Below, one piece after another: positions 47,801 through 59,332 of a stretch of DNA of 64,000 nt. The notes below the pieces were generated by a model. That model made no database searches. It saw nothing but the letters and a program-made list of their open reading frames with translations, and was not told the origin of the DNA. The stretch covers positions 124,001 to 188,000 of the forward strand of contig NW_027191404.1 in NCBI RefSeq assembly GCF_041146345.1. Reading direction: 5' to 3'. Within the stretch, counting starts at the first letter, position 1. Every line of letters starts with the position of its first letter. Made by a program: the position numbers and the translations under genes. The stretch is from Neodothiora populina. Taxonomy: Eukaryota.

Positions 47801-48860
47801 GTGCTGTTGAAGGACACGTGAGTATTTTTGCTGGGTGTTTCGCGAGGTTGGGGGCTATCGGGCAATCATTTGCGCGTAGTTGGAAAGAGAAGAAGAAGAG
47901 AGACAGAGAAGGCGGCAGTCGTGCTTGAAGCTTGTTCGCGTCAAGACAGGAAGCAGCCACCAAGACAGGAAAGAGCGCGTCAGACCAGAGCTCAAAACCG
48001 AGTCAATAGAGACATTCGGCCCAGTGGAGAAGCAGAGCAATAACAGAGCAAAAAGCAAAAAAAAAGAAAAGCACAAAGAACACGTACCTTGAGGCGGGAG
48101 CGGCTGAAGAGAAGAAAGCGTTCGAGGTGGGAGAAGTCTTGATGTCGTCTGCAGTCAAGACGTTGTTGTAGATGCCTTGGTCGTCTTGTTCTTGATGTGC
48201 GGTGGTGTCGGTTGTCCAGTTTCCATCGACAACAAACTAAAGGAAACAATAATACCACGTCATTAGCCTTTTTTCTCTCGCTCGCTGTTCGTTCCACTTT
48301 GCGTATTTCCTGATGTCCCCGATGCTTGTGCTTTTTGTGCCTTGATTCGCGCGCAGCGCATTTGCCAACACAATCCCACCATCCGCACGGCCTTTTCCCT
48401 GCGCTTTTCACCTAACGTAACCCCAATAACTAATGACCCTTGATCATCCCCCGTTTGTAAATTACTCGACTGCCTGATCCTCGGAAGGAAGAGGCATGAC
48501 GTGACGAATGCCATGACCTTTCTTGTGAAGAAAGTGTACTATCTGTTGTGAAGACGGAAAAAGAGAGGTCGCGCGGGCTTACCTTGTACAATGTCTTCTC
48601 GGCAGGCAGGTCGACCGTCTTCTGAAAGACGTCTCCATGCTTGTCGAGCTTGACACTTTTCTGCCAATTATCGAAAGTGCCGGTCACGAAGACCTCGTTG
48701 GCGTAATGAGGCCTGGAGATTGGGAACTACGTTAGCTTCTTGGGTTGCTATAACGTGCGCGCGCGCGCGAGCGCACATTGCGCTGCTGCTGCGAAGCTGC
48801 CATCGCATCGCACGCAAACCTGTGACGTCGGACGGACCATTTGAACGTATGACTTCCCAT
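44815..48860 (-). CDS. CBM48/AMPK-beta glycogen-binding domain protein, Mdg1/Crp1-like, with long acidic repeat region
   Basis: Exons MGSHTFKW | PHYANEVFVTGTFDNW...LYK | FVVDGNW...NNVL, then a large last exon (acceptor probably ~47804) ending KKKGFLSKLKDKLKG. Confidence 0.88.
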
Positions 48861-51541
48861 CGCGGCGCGCACCAGTCGGTCGGTATTCAAAGGAGTAGGT
48901 AGCAAGCTGTCGCGAGGGCGGTTTTATGTTCTGTAATTACGGTATGCGCGAGCGCAATACTATTGGGTATCAAAAACAGGAAGGAAAAAACACAATGATG
49001 GTTGTATTCAAGGCTGCCAAACTACAGAAGGGCAAATGTCAGAGAGTAAGATGCCGCTCGCGCTTACGAGGTTGGGTTTGGTGGGAGAAGAGGAGAGCCA
49101 CCGAGCACCGAGATGCAGCCACACGTGTCTGTGCGCCAGCTAGATGCGACTGCGGGAGAGGGGTGGCCGGACAGGGAGAGAGAGAGACGGCAAGATAGAG
49201 AAAAAACGTGTGGCTGGAATTTACAGAGTGCGGGACGAGGAGGAGGATGCGAAGCTTGTCCAATGGTTGTACAAGTACGGAGCCTATTGTACGCTACCAT
49301 ACCACCAGTAGCAGAAGTCGCAGGTGACTTGTATTCGTTGCGATTACAGACATCACCCTGATCACAAGCATCATATCTTTGAGCAAATTTGGCCTTTTTC
49401 ACTCTCTGACAGCGGTGCAGCTTGAAGGTGCTTACACGTGGACTTACTGTATTCGCAGCCAAGGGTCACAGTACCTGTAGGTACTTATCTTATGCACTTA
49501 AGCGGGTTCTGGGTGCTCTCCCCCGCAAGAAGTTCAGCGCAATACAGCTGTGGCTTCTCGAGACATCTGTGCAGTTATTATACGGACTGGCCATTGACAC
49601 TCTCCTCACCTTTCTGATACTTAATTCAGTGTCGCCAGAGAGTACTTAAGCATAGGAGCCGATCATAAGATTGTGTAGAGGATCGCTGCTCTTGGTATTC
49701 ACCTAGAGCATCTAGCTTGTCTGATTCCTGGCTCGGGTTAGCGTTGTTACGTCATTACGAGAGCTACCGACATCATCGGGAGCTTTGTCCCTCACGATCT
49801 GATTTCCATGATCAGTATGAGGTGATGGAACACGTGCACGAGGAGGGGCGGCCTGCCGTACATACAACGACCCTTTTGTGGTTTCTGCCGACGATGCTAT
49901 TGCACTTCTCTAGGAAGGACCAACGCGATACGAAGGCGCAATCACTATTGTTCTCATTGTTCTAGTCCTTGAGCCGCATAGGGGCGGCGTAGCTCGCGCT
50001 CTGCGCGGCAGTCAAATGGAGATGGGCTGAGTTCCCTTGATACTAGTACTAAGCTATAATTCCACGATCAAGAGAGCCGCAAAGCTGCTTGGTAGAGGTG
50101 ATGACGTTTGTGAAGCTCAGATTTTGTGATGAACATGTCGAATGGGATTATGAAATGCTATAATCGCATACCACATCTGATGGTGCCGAACTCGTCGCCC
50201 GTTATAATCAATAGTCGAAGACGTTGATGAGAGAGACGCAACACAAGACACCGAAAGAGGCAATATTCTCGAAGAAGCCTGGAACAAGAGGGAAAAGCTA
50301 CACCGGACCGAAGTGCAGTGTTACTAGCGAATCAAGAAGACGGCCATGTACATGCCGCATTGTATTTAGTGGCAGTTGATGCAGATGGATCATTACGAAA
50401 GAGCAGCAGTAGCAGCAGTAGAAGAAAAAAGGTTCTGGAACCGGGGGTTACTCGCATTAGGGAGCTGTTGGTGTTCGATTGCTCAGACTATTGGCAGCTG
50501 TTGCCTGGTCGGCCTGGCGCCTGGAACGAGTCATAATCGAGCAGTGTTAGATGCTTCCATATTCGACCTTTACAACCCAAGTACCTATACTGTACGTTCA
50601 AATCTTGTGACCTGGCCACAAGTCTATCGCAGTGATATACGTTACTGAATATCACGCCAGAGCGTCGATTGCTCATCTTCAGAAACCACAAGAGCCATCA
50701 GCATCCCCAGGCTTGTTCTACCACGGAAGTACCTACTGTAGATCGACAGCGCGGACGCGACAGTGGGGCGTGTCTAGTGTGGCTGATTAGGGTAAAGAGG
50801 AGGGAACAGCATCAACGTCAACATCGGTACAAGGATACTTTTGTAATGGAACAGGTGCAGTGAACTCTTTCCCCCCTTCTCCACAGCCAAGCTAGAGCCT
50901 TTTCGGTGTCTTTGGATTGGATGAGTGGATTATCGAGCGGATTGGTTTGATTTGAATCATAGGTTCAGCACGGAGAGGGCTGACGGTTTGTTGGGTTTGA
51001 CTGACGAGTGATACTGTGTGTGCTGCTAAGGTAAATAAGCTATTGCTGTTACTGTTACCACTGCAGGCAGCTACTACCACCATTACTGCTGCTGCTGCCT
51101 TACTTGCTGCCATTCATCGTCGCCGCTGCCAACATTGCAGTAACTTGTATCGCCAACAACTCGTAAAGCATCGTGCAGTGGCAAATTGAAGTGTATTACG
51201 ACAATTCTAGAAGATTGAGCACGACTCTGAGCTTGTACCTACTGCTAGACACAGCTGTCACTACTTGGTCCGTTCCATCTCTTGTCGTCCCTTTTTCTTT
51301 AGCTCTCACTACTCGAGACACCACGACTCGACCTCGCCCATTCTCTGTCTCCCTTTCCCTCTTCTTTGATCCATCAAACCCCATCGCTCGAAGCTCTTAC
51401 TTTGAAGCAAAAAAGTAGCAGTTGTACTCTTTCCTGTACACGAGCTGCCGCCCCTCACTCGTCGTCTTCCACCCCACTTGACTCTCGATTGCGCTTGTAC
51501 CCGCACCCGCGTCCCCGTCCGCCTCATACTTCCCTGCCTCT

Positions 51542-51609
51542 CTGCTCCCTGCTCCCTGCTCCCTGCTCCCTGCTCCCTGCTCCCTGCTCCTTGCTCCCTG
51601 CTCCCTGCT
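51542..51609. repeat. 7-bp tandem repeat (CTGCTCC)~9-10 upstream of the PKA regulatory subunit
   Basis: Seen directly. Confidence 0.92.
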
Positions 51610-51952
51610 TCCAGCTTGCTGCAACCGGCACTGCATCAGCCCAGCATCATATCGTTCTACTCCACCCGTACAATCCAGCATCTGCGGCACAGCACATCAC
51701 ACTACCATCTGAATCCAAGGCAACTGTACTCACGACGTCAGGGATACAGCTGTACATTGCACTGTACTGTACCACCAGAACAAGCTCCACTCCACTGCAC
51801 TCCACTGGGTAACAGTTACCTTAGTTACTCTCGCAACCAGTGCAACGTAGCAGCGTGTTTTGAGCCGAGGCCGAAGCTGAAGCTGCCCTCTCTCTCTCTC
51901 TCTCCCTCTCCCTCTTTCTCTCTAGCTCTTGACTTGACGGAATATCCTCACC

Positions 51953-53368
51953 ATGGCCAACTTCTCCTCGTCGCTTCCGGCCGCATACACGCACGAGATC
52001 GCCGCCCTGGAACGCGAAGTGCTCAAACATCAGCCAAACGACGTGCTTCAGTTCTGCGCCAATCATTTCCAGCGTCGCCTCGAGTCGCAGCGAGCCGAGG
52101 TGCTTCTCGCACAACAACATTCCACATCAAACAGCAAGGGCCCGGCAATGGCCGAGAGCAACTTCCCGGGCACCAACCCATTCCAACAGTCCACCCCCGG
52201 CCCCATGCAGCGTCTTGAAGAGGAGGAAGAGACGGATACCTTTGCCTCACCCACCGCCTCCAACTTCCCCTCTGGCGCCATGAACCGTGACGCCTCTCCA
52301 TTTGCTTCCGCCTCCAATTCCGCCTTTGGAAACTTCAACTTCTCTTCCGCCTCGTCTTCTGCCAGTAGAGCTGGCGCAGGCCCTGCCTCTTCTGCCTCGA
52401 CCGGCACCATGGACGCTCCACAGACGTTCCCAAACAACTACAACATGAACCGTCGTACTTCGGTCTCGGCCGAGTCGATGAACCCCTCAGGTGCCGACGA
52501 GGGCAACTGGAAGCCCCCGACCTTCCCCAAGACGGCCGAACAAGAGACTCGTCTCCGCACCGCCATCTCCCGCAACTTTCTCTTTGCCCACCTCGACGAC
52601 GACCAGACCGCACAGGTGCTTGGCGCCATGCAAGAGCGTAAAATCCCTGCCAGGGACGTCAAGGTCATCAGCCAGGGCGACCAGGGCGATTACTTCTACG
52701 TTGTCGAGAGCGGTTCCTTCGACATCTTCGTCTCGCCCACGGGCAAGATCGAGCCCGGTTCCGACGGCATGGGCAAGCAGGTCAGCACCACGGGCCCTGG
52801 CACCTCATTTGGTGAGCTCGCTCTCATGTACAACGCCCCGCGTGCCGCCACTGTCATCAGCACTGGTCCCAGCATCGTGTGGCAGCTCGACCGCGTCACT
52901 TTCCGTCGCATCCTAATGGATTCTGCTTTCGAACGTCGTCGCATGTACGAGTCCTTCCTGGACAGCGTGCCGCTACTCAATACCCTCACTCCTTACGAGC
53001 GTTCAAAGATTGCCGATGCTCTCGAGACCACTAAGCACCCCGCCGGAGAGCCCATCATCCGCGAGGGTGACGTCGGTGACCGATTCTACATCCTCGAGTC
53101 TGGAACCGCCAAAGCCTACAAGCACGGTCACTCTCAGCCTCTGAAGTCGTATCAAAAGGGCGATTATTTCGGTGAATTGGCGCTTCTCGACGACAAGCCC
53201 CGCGCTGCATCCGTCGTCGCCGACACCGAAGTCAAGCTTGCCACTCTCGGCAAGAACGGTTTCCAGAGACTTCTTGGACCCGTCGAGAGCATCATGCGCA
53301 GAGACGACCCGAGCAAGGGGGTCGATGCCGCAAGAGCCGAGACGGCCGCCTTTTCCCCGACCGCTTAG
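51953..53368 (+). CDS. BCY1: cAMP-dependent protein kinase regulatory subunit
   Basis: N-terminal D/D domain (QPNDVLQFCANHF), inhibitor site RRTSVSAES, two cNMP-binding cassettes FGELAL...PRAA; single exon. Confidence 0.97.
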   Translation: MANFSSSLPAAYTHEIAALEREVLKHQPNDVLQFCANHFQRRLESQRAEVLLAQQHSTSNSKGPAMAESNFPGTNPFQQSTPGPMQRLEEEEETDTFASPTASNFPSGAMNRDASPFASASNSAFGNFNFSSASSSASRAGAGPASSASTGTMDAPQTFPNNYNMNRRTSVSAESMNPSGADEGNWKPPTFPKTAEQETRLRTAISRNFLFAHLDDDQTAQVLGAMQERKIPARDVKVISQGDQGDYFYVVESGSFDIFVSPTGKIEPGSDGMGKQVSTTGPGTSFGELALMYNAPRAATVISTGPSIVWQLDRVTFRRILMDSAFERRRMYESFLDSVPLLNTLTPYERSKIADALETTKHPAGEPIIREGDVGDRFYILESGTAKAYKHGHSQPLKSYQKGDYFGELALLDDKPRAASVVADTEVKLATLGKNGFQRLLGPVESIMRRDDPSKGVDAARAETAAFSPTA

Positions 53369-54666
53369 AAGTCTGAGGGGAACACGAAGGAGGAACAAGA
53401 GAAGGAGGGAGACCTCGCTCGAGCGAAGCAGTCAATACAGCAGATACAAAGCAGGATCGCTGACCCAGACCATCCATGTGTTTTTGTCGGTTCTGCAAGG
53501 AAGGAGAAGGATTATAGCAAACGAATCGTCGTTCCTGGTGCCTTTGGACTCGACAACGGACCAGACACGGACGACGACGACTACCACGATGATGATGAAG
53601 GCGGAAGGGGCGTAATTCCCACCACCACCACTACTCCTCCAGACATTTACAGACGTACAAGGATTGGCACATTCAAGAGCAAGGCAATAATATCATCTCT
53701 CGGGGCCGAAATCGCCAGCGCCTTCAGCAACAGCAGCAGCAACAACAGCACCAGAGATTATTGAAGATCTTCATGAATGAAAAAAAAGGAAAGGGGTGGG
53801 TGGGGGTCTTTTTTTTCACTTCCGTGAGCAAGATGGGCGGGACAGGGAGAGCAAGGAGGGAAATGGGAGGAAAGGAAGGGAGGGGAGACCATCATCATGA
53901 ATGTGAAGCTCAGGACGGGGGGAAAAGGAGACTCACTAAGGCCTTTTTTTTTTTTACTTTTCTTATTTTCCTCGCCCAGATACATACACATCCGCTTTTT
54001 TCCTTGCACACTTTGTGTCCTCTGCCTCGTATGTGAATCCTGGGGGCAGAGGAATAGAGATTTAAAAACCTCGGTAGCCTCTAGGAGGGATGAAGAGCGA
54101 AAGAGCTCTTCGACCAGCAAGTCTGCTTCTCGAGATTTGGTTGTGTTACAGTACAGATCAGAGTCCATGGGTCCGACCAAGGAGAACATCCGTCCTTGCC
54201 CTACTACCTTGCCTCTCTACCTTGCCAGAGACGGGGGCTTACTGCTGGTTGTGGAGGTGCTGCTCACTCTGGAAATCAAACACATTGGACCTATGCACCG
54301 GGATGGAAATGGAATGACCCGAGAAGAGGCGGAAGGACTCTATAGTTCTTGCAACAGGAACAAGAAAAAAAAAGAAAAGAAAAGAGACACGTGAGATGGT
54401 CGTGTTAGTGTATGAGAGCACAAGACTGGAAAATTATTTACTGCGGGCTGGCTGGTCTAGTCTTCGAGCATGCCCTCTGCCTGTCTTTGTTCTCCACCAC
54501 TATCGCCCGCCCTGCCGCAATATAGTCTATACGTACATACATACATCATTAGAGTAAGAAGAGGAAGAAGAGAAAAACAGGATAATCAATCCTCAACGCC
54601 ATATCAACAAGTTTACCGTCCCTCACCCACCTATTCTTCCTTTTACAGCAAAGAAGAAGGCGGGTG

Positions 54667-55188
54667 TTAGAAAGGTATAGCATTACTGATCGCGCCGGAC
54701 CCATCAGCCGGGGCGGCGAGTAACCTGTTTAGGTAGCCTGTCAGTCCATCTGAAATGCACACAAACACGCGGTTTTGGAACGATAGAGGAAGGAGAGGAA
54801 ACAGAAGAGGAAAACACATACTTCTTGCCCGTCTCGGTCGCGCAACATCCGCAGAAGATGGATGCCGGCCAGCAGATGACCTGTCATTCGCCATTAGCAT
54901 TTCTGTTTCGAAACTCACAACAGTGATACGCAAAGATGATGAGAGGGGCGACAAGAACTGGGAGAGAAGACACATACAGCAAGAACAATCGCACTGGCGA
55001 ATCCAATGGTAGGACCGACGACTTTGCAGTGGCACGGGTTCTGGTCGGTTCCTTTATTGCGAAACTCTGTCAGTAGTGAACGAACAAGCGCACTTTTGCT
55101 TTGTATTTTTCGGATGATTTGTTTAATTGTCCGAGATGCACATACCGCATTGGAAGCAGACGAATGGAATGGGAAGGAAATCACACAT
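54667..55188 (-). CDS. Small Cys-rich predicted membrane protein, 77 aa, 4 exons: MCDFLPIPFVCFQCGTDQNPCHCKVVGPTIGFASAIVLAVICWPASIFCGCCATETGKKLLAAPADGSGAISNAIPF
   Basis: Exons 55188-55146, 55051-54978, 54880-54822, 54724-54667; three GTATGT donors, CTGAC/CTAAT branch sites, AG acceptors; 234 nt in frame from ATG to TAA. Confidence 0.85.
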
Positions 55189-56331
55189 CTTTGCGTGTGC
55201 TATGTGCTATAGACGGTGTGTTGTTGGTCTATAAGAGCTGTTTGCTTGCTTCGGATAGCCGGATATGGATGGGTGTGCGAGGTGTGATGACGTGAGACAG
55301 CAAGCCAAGCTGCTTTTCGAGGTCGAGTGGTATCAATGGGAGTAAAAGGTATGGATAATTACTGAGTTGTCTTCCTCTTGTTCGGATACTCGGACTAACA
55401 GTATGATACACAAAAGCTTGGAAGAAAAGATATCAAGAAGACAAAGATGAAGAGCCAAGAACGAAGATGCTTATGTGCGGCACGCAAGCGGTGACAGGAA
55501 ACTCAACACTTGCAGAAAGTGGAGAGAGAGAGAGAGGTGAGAGTCAGACAGAGAGAGAGCAAACCCAAAAAGCGATAGACTCCAATCCGACGGCAGGACT
55601 CTCGACTGATGACGCAGGAAAAGCAACCACAACTGTTGCAGCTACCTTACCTTAATTAGGTGTGCAGGGCAGCCAGCCAGCCAGCCAGGCAGAAAAAGCG
55701 CGTCTTACATAGCTTCAGATCACAGATCACTGATCGAACTCAGTAAAACGGGTAACTCTGCTTGCCGGGGCCCCGTCCGCGCTTTGATAACCTCGTGTTT
55801 GCTTGTACCTTTTCTGTCGTTCTCTCAACCTTAATACCTATCCTTGCTTGCTTGTTTTAAGAAGGGCCTGGAATGGATACCTACCGCGGCAATGTGTGAA
55901 TGGAGGCTCACCTGCCCGACGCTCTCTACACCTACCGTACCTTTTAGCATAAGGAACAGTGTGTAGGTGGTGGTGACGTATTTCACAGTAAAGCCCATCG
56001 AGTCGGAGATGACTCCATCTCGCTCCGGACACAGTAGGTATACCATACAAGTCATATAGCATTCTTTACTACAGTATGAATATTGGTTGCGTTCAAAATG
56101 TAATCATAACAACTCATACAGAGTATATACATTTGCATTCTTGCTGTAAAGTCTTCTATGGACTCGATGTCTTTCGGCGGTAAGGATGACTCCGTAGGTT
56201 GTTTGATGCAAGCCGAGTATCATATGGTATCACAAGTGCAAAGACGACAGAAGAGACAGCAGCGCAAATCTCGAATGTAGAAGCAGCATACATAATATAG
56301 AGCCAGAGGGAGACAAAATGCATGAGATCTT

Positions 56332-58761
56332 CTACGCCAGCTCGAACTCGCCACTGACCCCCTCAAACGCCGTAACAGTACCACCAATAGACTTAGCATC
56401 ACCAAAATACCTGAAACGGTACCGCCCCTTCAAAGCATCGATCAAGCCTTCGTCAACATCATCGTCATCGCTGTCATTACGTCCCCAGACACCGACTTCC
56501 CATCCCAGCTCCCAACTCAGACGCACCGTCGAAGTCCCTGCGACGCTGCTCGTGCGCTTCCATTCGTACACCAGACTCCAGTCGGCGTCGCTTCGGACTT
56601 GCTGCCAGATTCCGAGCTGTTGATTGTGCTTTTCGACGGCGGCAAAGGTGCCGTTTAATCGAAGATTGTTGCGAGGGTTCGCTCCGACAAAGGTAGCTGA
56701 GATGACGGGTGCTGAAGAAGACGAAAGTGAATAGCGGGGTCGGACGTCGTCGACGACGTCTGCAAAAGACTTAAAGAGAGGCGCTCTGTCCAGGACCACG
56801 GGTTGGATGAATGACAAAGAGACATTTGTGTTGATTGGTGGTTGTGGACCAGGGCTGAGTCTAGGCAGCGAGGCAGCGAAAGGCGGAAGAGAAGTGTCGT
56901 TTGATGTTTGAGCAGCAGCCGACAGATAGGGCAGACGAGAGAGTGTGAGGTTAATGTAGGCTTCCAAGGTATTCGGTCCGTACAATGTCGAGGCACCTTC
57001 ATATCTTTGGACTCCATACTCTTCCTCGGTGGTGATGTAGTGCGTGTAGCTGTTTGCTGGACCACCGAGTACAACAAATGGAGACTCTGAGGAACCTTCG
57101 GCCCACGAGCCAACGGCGGAAGAAGCGAGAGCATCCTTCCAACGACGTCCTGCCATGGTCGTAGCTTCGCCTGGACTGACAATGATAAGCAGCTGACCCA
57201 CCCTCAGAAGCTGGATATCGACGATATTCGGAGACCACTGGTATGGACTCATCGTCTCGCCGACATCAAGTAAGATGGGTTTCACGCCTTGGCAATCTAT
57301 TTGGTCAGGTCCAGGGGAGTGCAGCGAATTTCCCACGACAGCCCAGAAGGGATTCGCGTTGGGGTCCCCGGGATTGTTCTGCTTGAAGTCAAAGGCCCCG
57401 GGACCATCAGTGGTACCGGCGGCGAATGAGTATCCGAGCGCAGCAGCACAAGTGCGGCCAAGGGTACCGTTTGACAGCACAAAAGTCCTGTTCGCAAAAT
57501 CGACGAACGTATGCAAAGACCTGACAGTAGTTCCTCGCACTGACTCAAATTCGACTTCGTCACTTGTCTTTTTGACCATCGACTCGTATATTGAGCGTGC
57601 ACCGAGATACTGTCGGCGGCCGATCGCAAACGCAGACGCGGTGCCGCCATCGTCAAGACCCCAGTGAGGACCGCGACCGTGACAAGGCCCATTCTTGCCG
57701 CCGCAAAGGCTTGACTTGAAGTCGCATTGCTTGCCAGCATCTTCGCCGGACTCGCAATACGCGCCACGCACATTAGGCGAAGTGTCTCCAACGTTAGCCT
57801 GGGAGAAGCCCGCAACAAGACCATCAGATGCCGAATCAAGACCTTCGGCATACTTTTCGAACAAGTATGCGGCGACTCCCTTGTTGTCACCAGTAATGAG
57901 TGTATTGTTACCAAGCATTGAGGTGCCGTGCACCGGAAACCAAGTGAGCACACCAACATCCTTGCCGTCCGAGTCTCTGCGAAGCTTGAGCAGAGTCAAA
58001 GACTTGTCAACGCTGCCTTGGTACTTTTCACGCTCGCTCTCGGGATTTGCGAGATAGGCATAAGGACTGCGATTGATGTTTGCATCATCAACACGGACTG
58101 TACCGAAGTTGAGACGACCAGGCGTAAGGCTGTCGTGGGCACGCTTGATGGAGGCAACAGCACCTTGGACTATAGCCTCATAGCTCTGCTTACTGAAGCC
58201 TCGACTGGTGATCTGCGGAAGCAGATAGTTCAACCAAGCGCCAGGACCAGAATGAGAATGCGTACCGGTGACTGCAACGTTCTGTGAGCCGTATACAGCA
58301 TATTCCGGGCCCATGGATCGAAGCGAGTCGAGAATACCGTGGCGGACGGCTGTGTCTCCAGATTGTGTGTCAAGAACAAGATACACGAAGCGATCCTGTG
58401 GCTTGTCTGTGCTACCAATGATGAAAGCTCTAGAGTAAAGACGCTGACGCAGACCACTGCCCAGCTGATTTGGGTCGGCATAACCCATCATGTTGATTTC
58501 AACAACAGGGCCAGTGATGTCGGCCTTGCCTGCACCGACAAGATACTGATCCCCGGTTCCAGCAGTGGGATTCCATGACGGAACAGGAAGATGGTCAAGG
58601 ATTTGTTGATGATCGTTCTCCGTCCACCAAGACGAGACGATTTCTGGTTTCCAATGCCAGTAGTCCAGCTCTGGCAGACCAAAAGTTGATATTGCGGTGA
58701 ATGTTGCCACCAGGGCCAAGCAAGCAGCCGTCAAGGCTACTGCGATATGTGGGGGTGCCAT
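56332..58761 (-). CDS. Neutral/alkaline non-lysosomal ceramidase
   Basis: N-terminal signal anchor; GKADITGP, GLRQRLYSRAF, THSHSGP, HGTSM, GDTSPN, AGTTDGPG, GEATTMAGRR, QRYEGASTLYGP. Confidence 0.95.
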   Translation of the reverse strand: MAPPHIAVALTAACLALVATFTAISTFGLPELDYWHWKPEIVSSWWTENDHQQILDHLPVPSWNPTAGTGDQYLVGAGKADITGPVVEINMMGYADPNQLGSGLRQRLYSRAFIIGSTDKPQDRFVYLVLDTQSGDTAVRHGILDSLRSMGPEYAVYGSQNVAVTGTHSHSGPGAWLNYLLPQITSRGFSKQSYEAIVQGAVASIKRAHDSLTPGRLNFGTVRVDDANINRSPYAYLANPESEREKYQGSVDKSLTLLKLRRDSDGKDVGVLTWFPVHGTSMLGNNTLITGDNKGVAAYLFEKYAEGLDSASDGLVAGFSQANVGDTSPNVRGAYCESGEDAGKQCDFKSSLCGGKNGPCHGRGPHWGLDDGGTASAFAIGRRQYLGARSIYESMVKKTSDEVEFESVRGTTVRSLHTFVDFANRTFVLSNGTLGRTCAAALGYSFAAGTTDGPGAFDFKQNNPGDPNANPFWAVVGNSLHSPGPDQIDCQGVKPILLDVGETMSPYQWSPNIVDIQLLRVGQLLIIVSPGEATTMAGRRWKDALASSAVGSWAEGSSESPFVVLGGPANSYTHYITTEEEYGVQRYEGASTLYGPNTLEAYINLTLSRLPYLSAAAQTSNDTSLPPFAASLPRLSPGPQPPINTNVSLSFIQPVVLDRAPLFKSFADVVDDVRPRYSLSSSSAPVISATFVGANPRNNLRLNGTFAAVEKHNQQLGIWQQVRSDADWSLVYEWKRTSSVAGTSTVRLSWELGWEVGVWGRNDSDDDDVDEGLIDALKGRYRFRYFGDAKSIGGTVTAFEGVSGEFELA

Positions 58762-59332
58762 GGTGGAAGGCGAGGAGTAAATTAGGTTTCTACAGTCATT
58801 TAGATGCGAGTGTCGTGGGAGTCATTCTCTGGTCGATTGGAAGAGTAGCAAGAGAAGAGAATAACTGAATTTGGGCTGTTACCTTGACAGCACATCAGGT
58901 GCAGCGAGTGCATAGTGGTAGTACTAATAGATACAATAGATAGAGGTATGGTAAGCTAAGACACACCGGCTCATCCGCGTCATGACGTAGATTGGGGTAT
59001 AGTGGCTGTATTCCTGAGCATACCTTAGGTTCGACTTACGTCAGGCAGCCGCGGGGGTCCAATGATGCAAGGCGGTGAGGCCACAAGGCACCCATGGCCT
59101 GGATTCTGCCATCCGACGGCCTCATTTCTCTACCACGACCATTCTGATATAATAGAGGAATCACAAACTACAGGTCCGGTCGTCTCGAAGATTGTCGTGT
59201 GTCTTCTGACATCTGAGCATCATCTATAGAACGACACATAGAACGGCACATACAACTACAGCTCAGCGGATGACCTTTGAATGAGCAACACGATACTACC
59301 AATAACGAATCACAAAATATATATCTATCACC

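Noticed and set aside
49981..50040. GGGGCGGCGTAGCTC, resembling a tRNA 5' end
   Set aside because: No T-loop GTTCRA and no cloverleaf pairing.
48900..51950. Possible telomerase RNA in long intergenic regions, prompted by nearby TEN1
   Set aside because: No TAACCCTAA-type template seen on either strand; only a partial CTAACCC near 49735.
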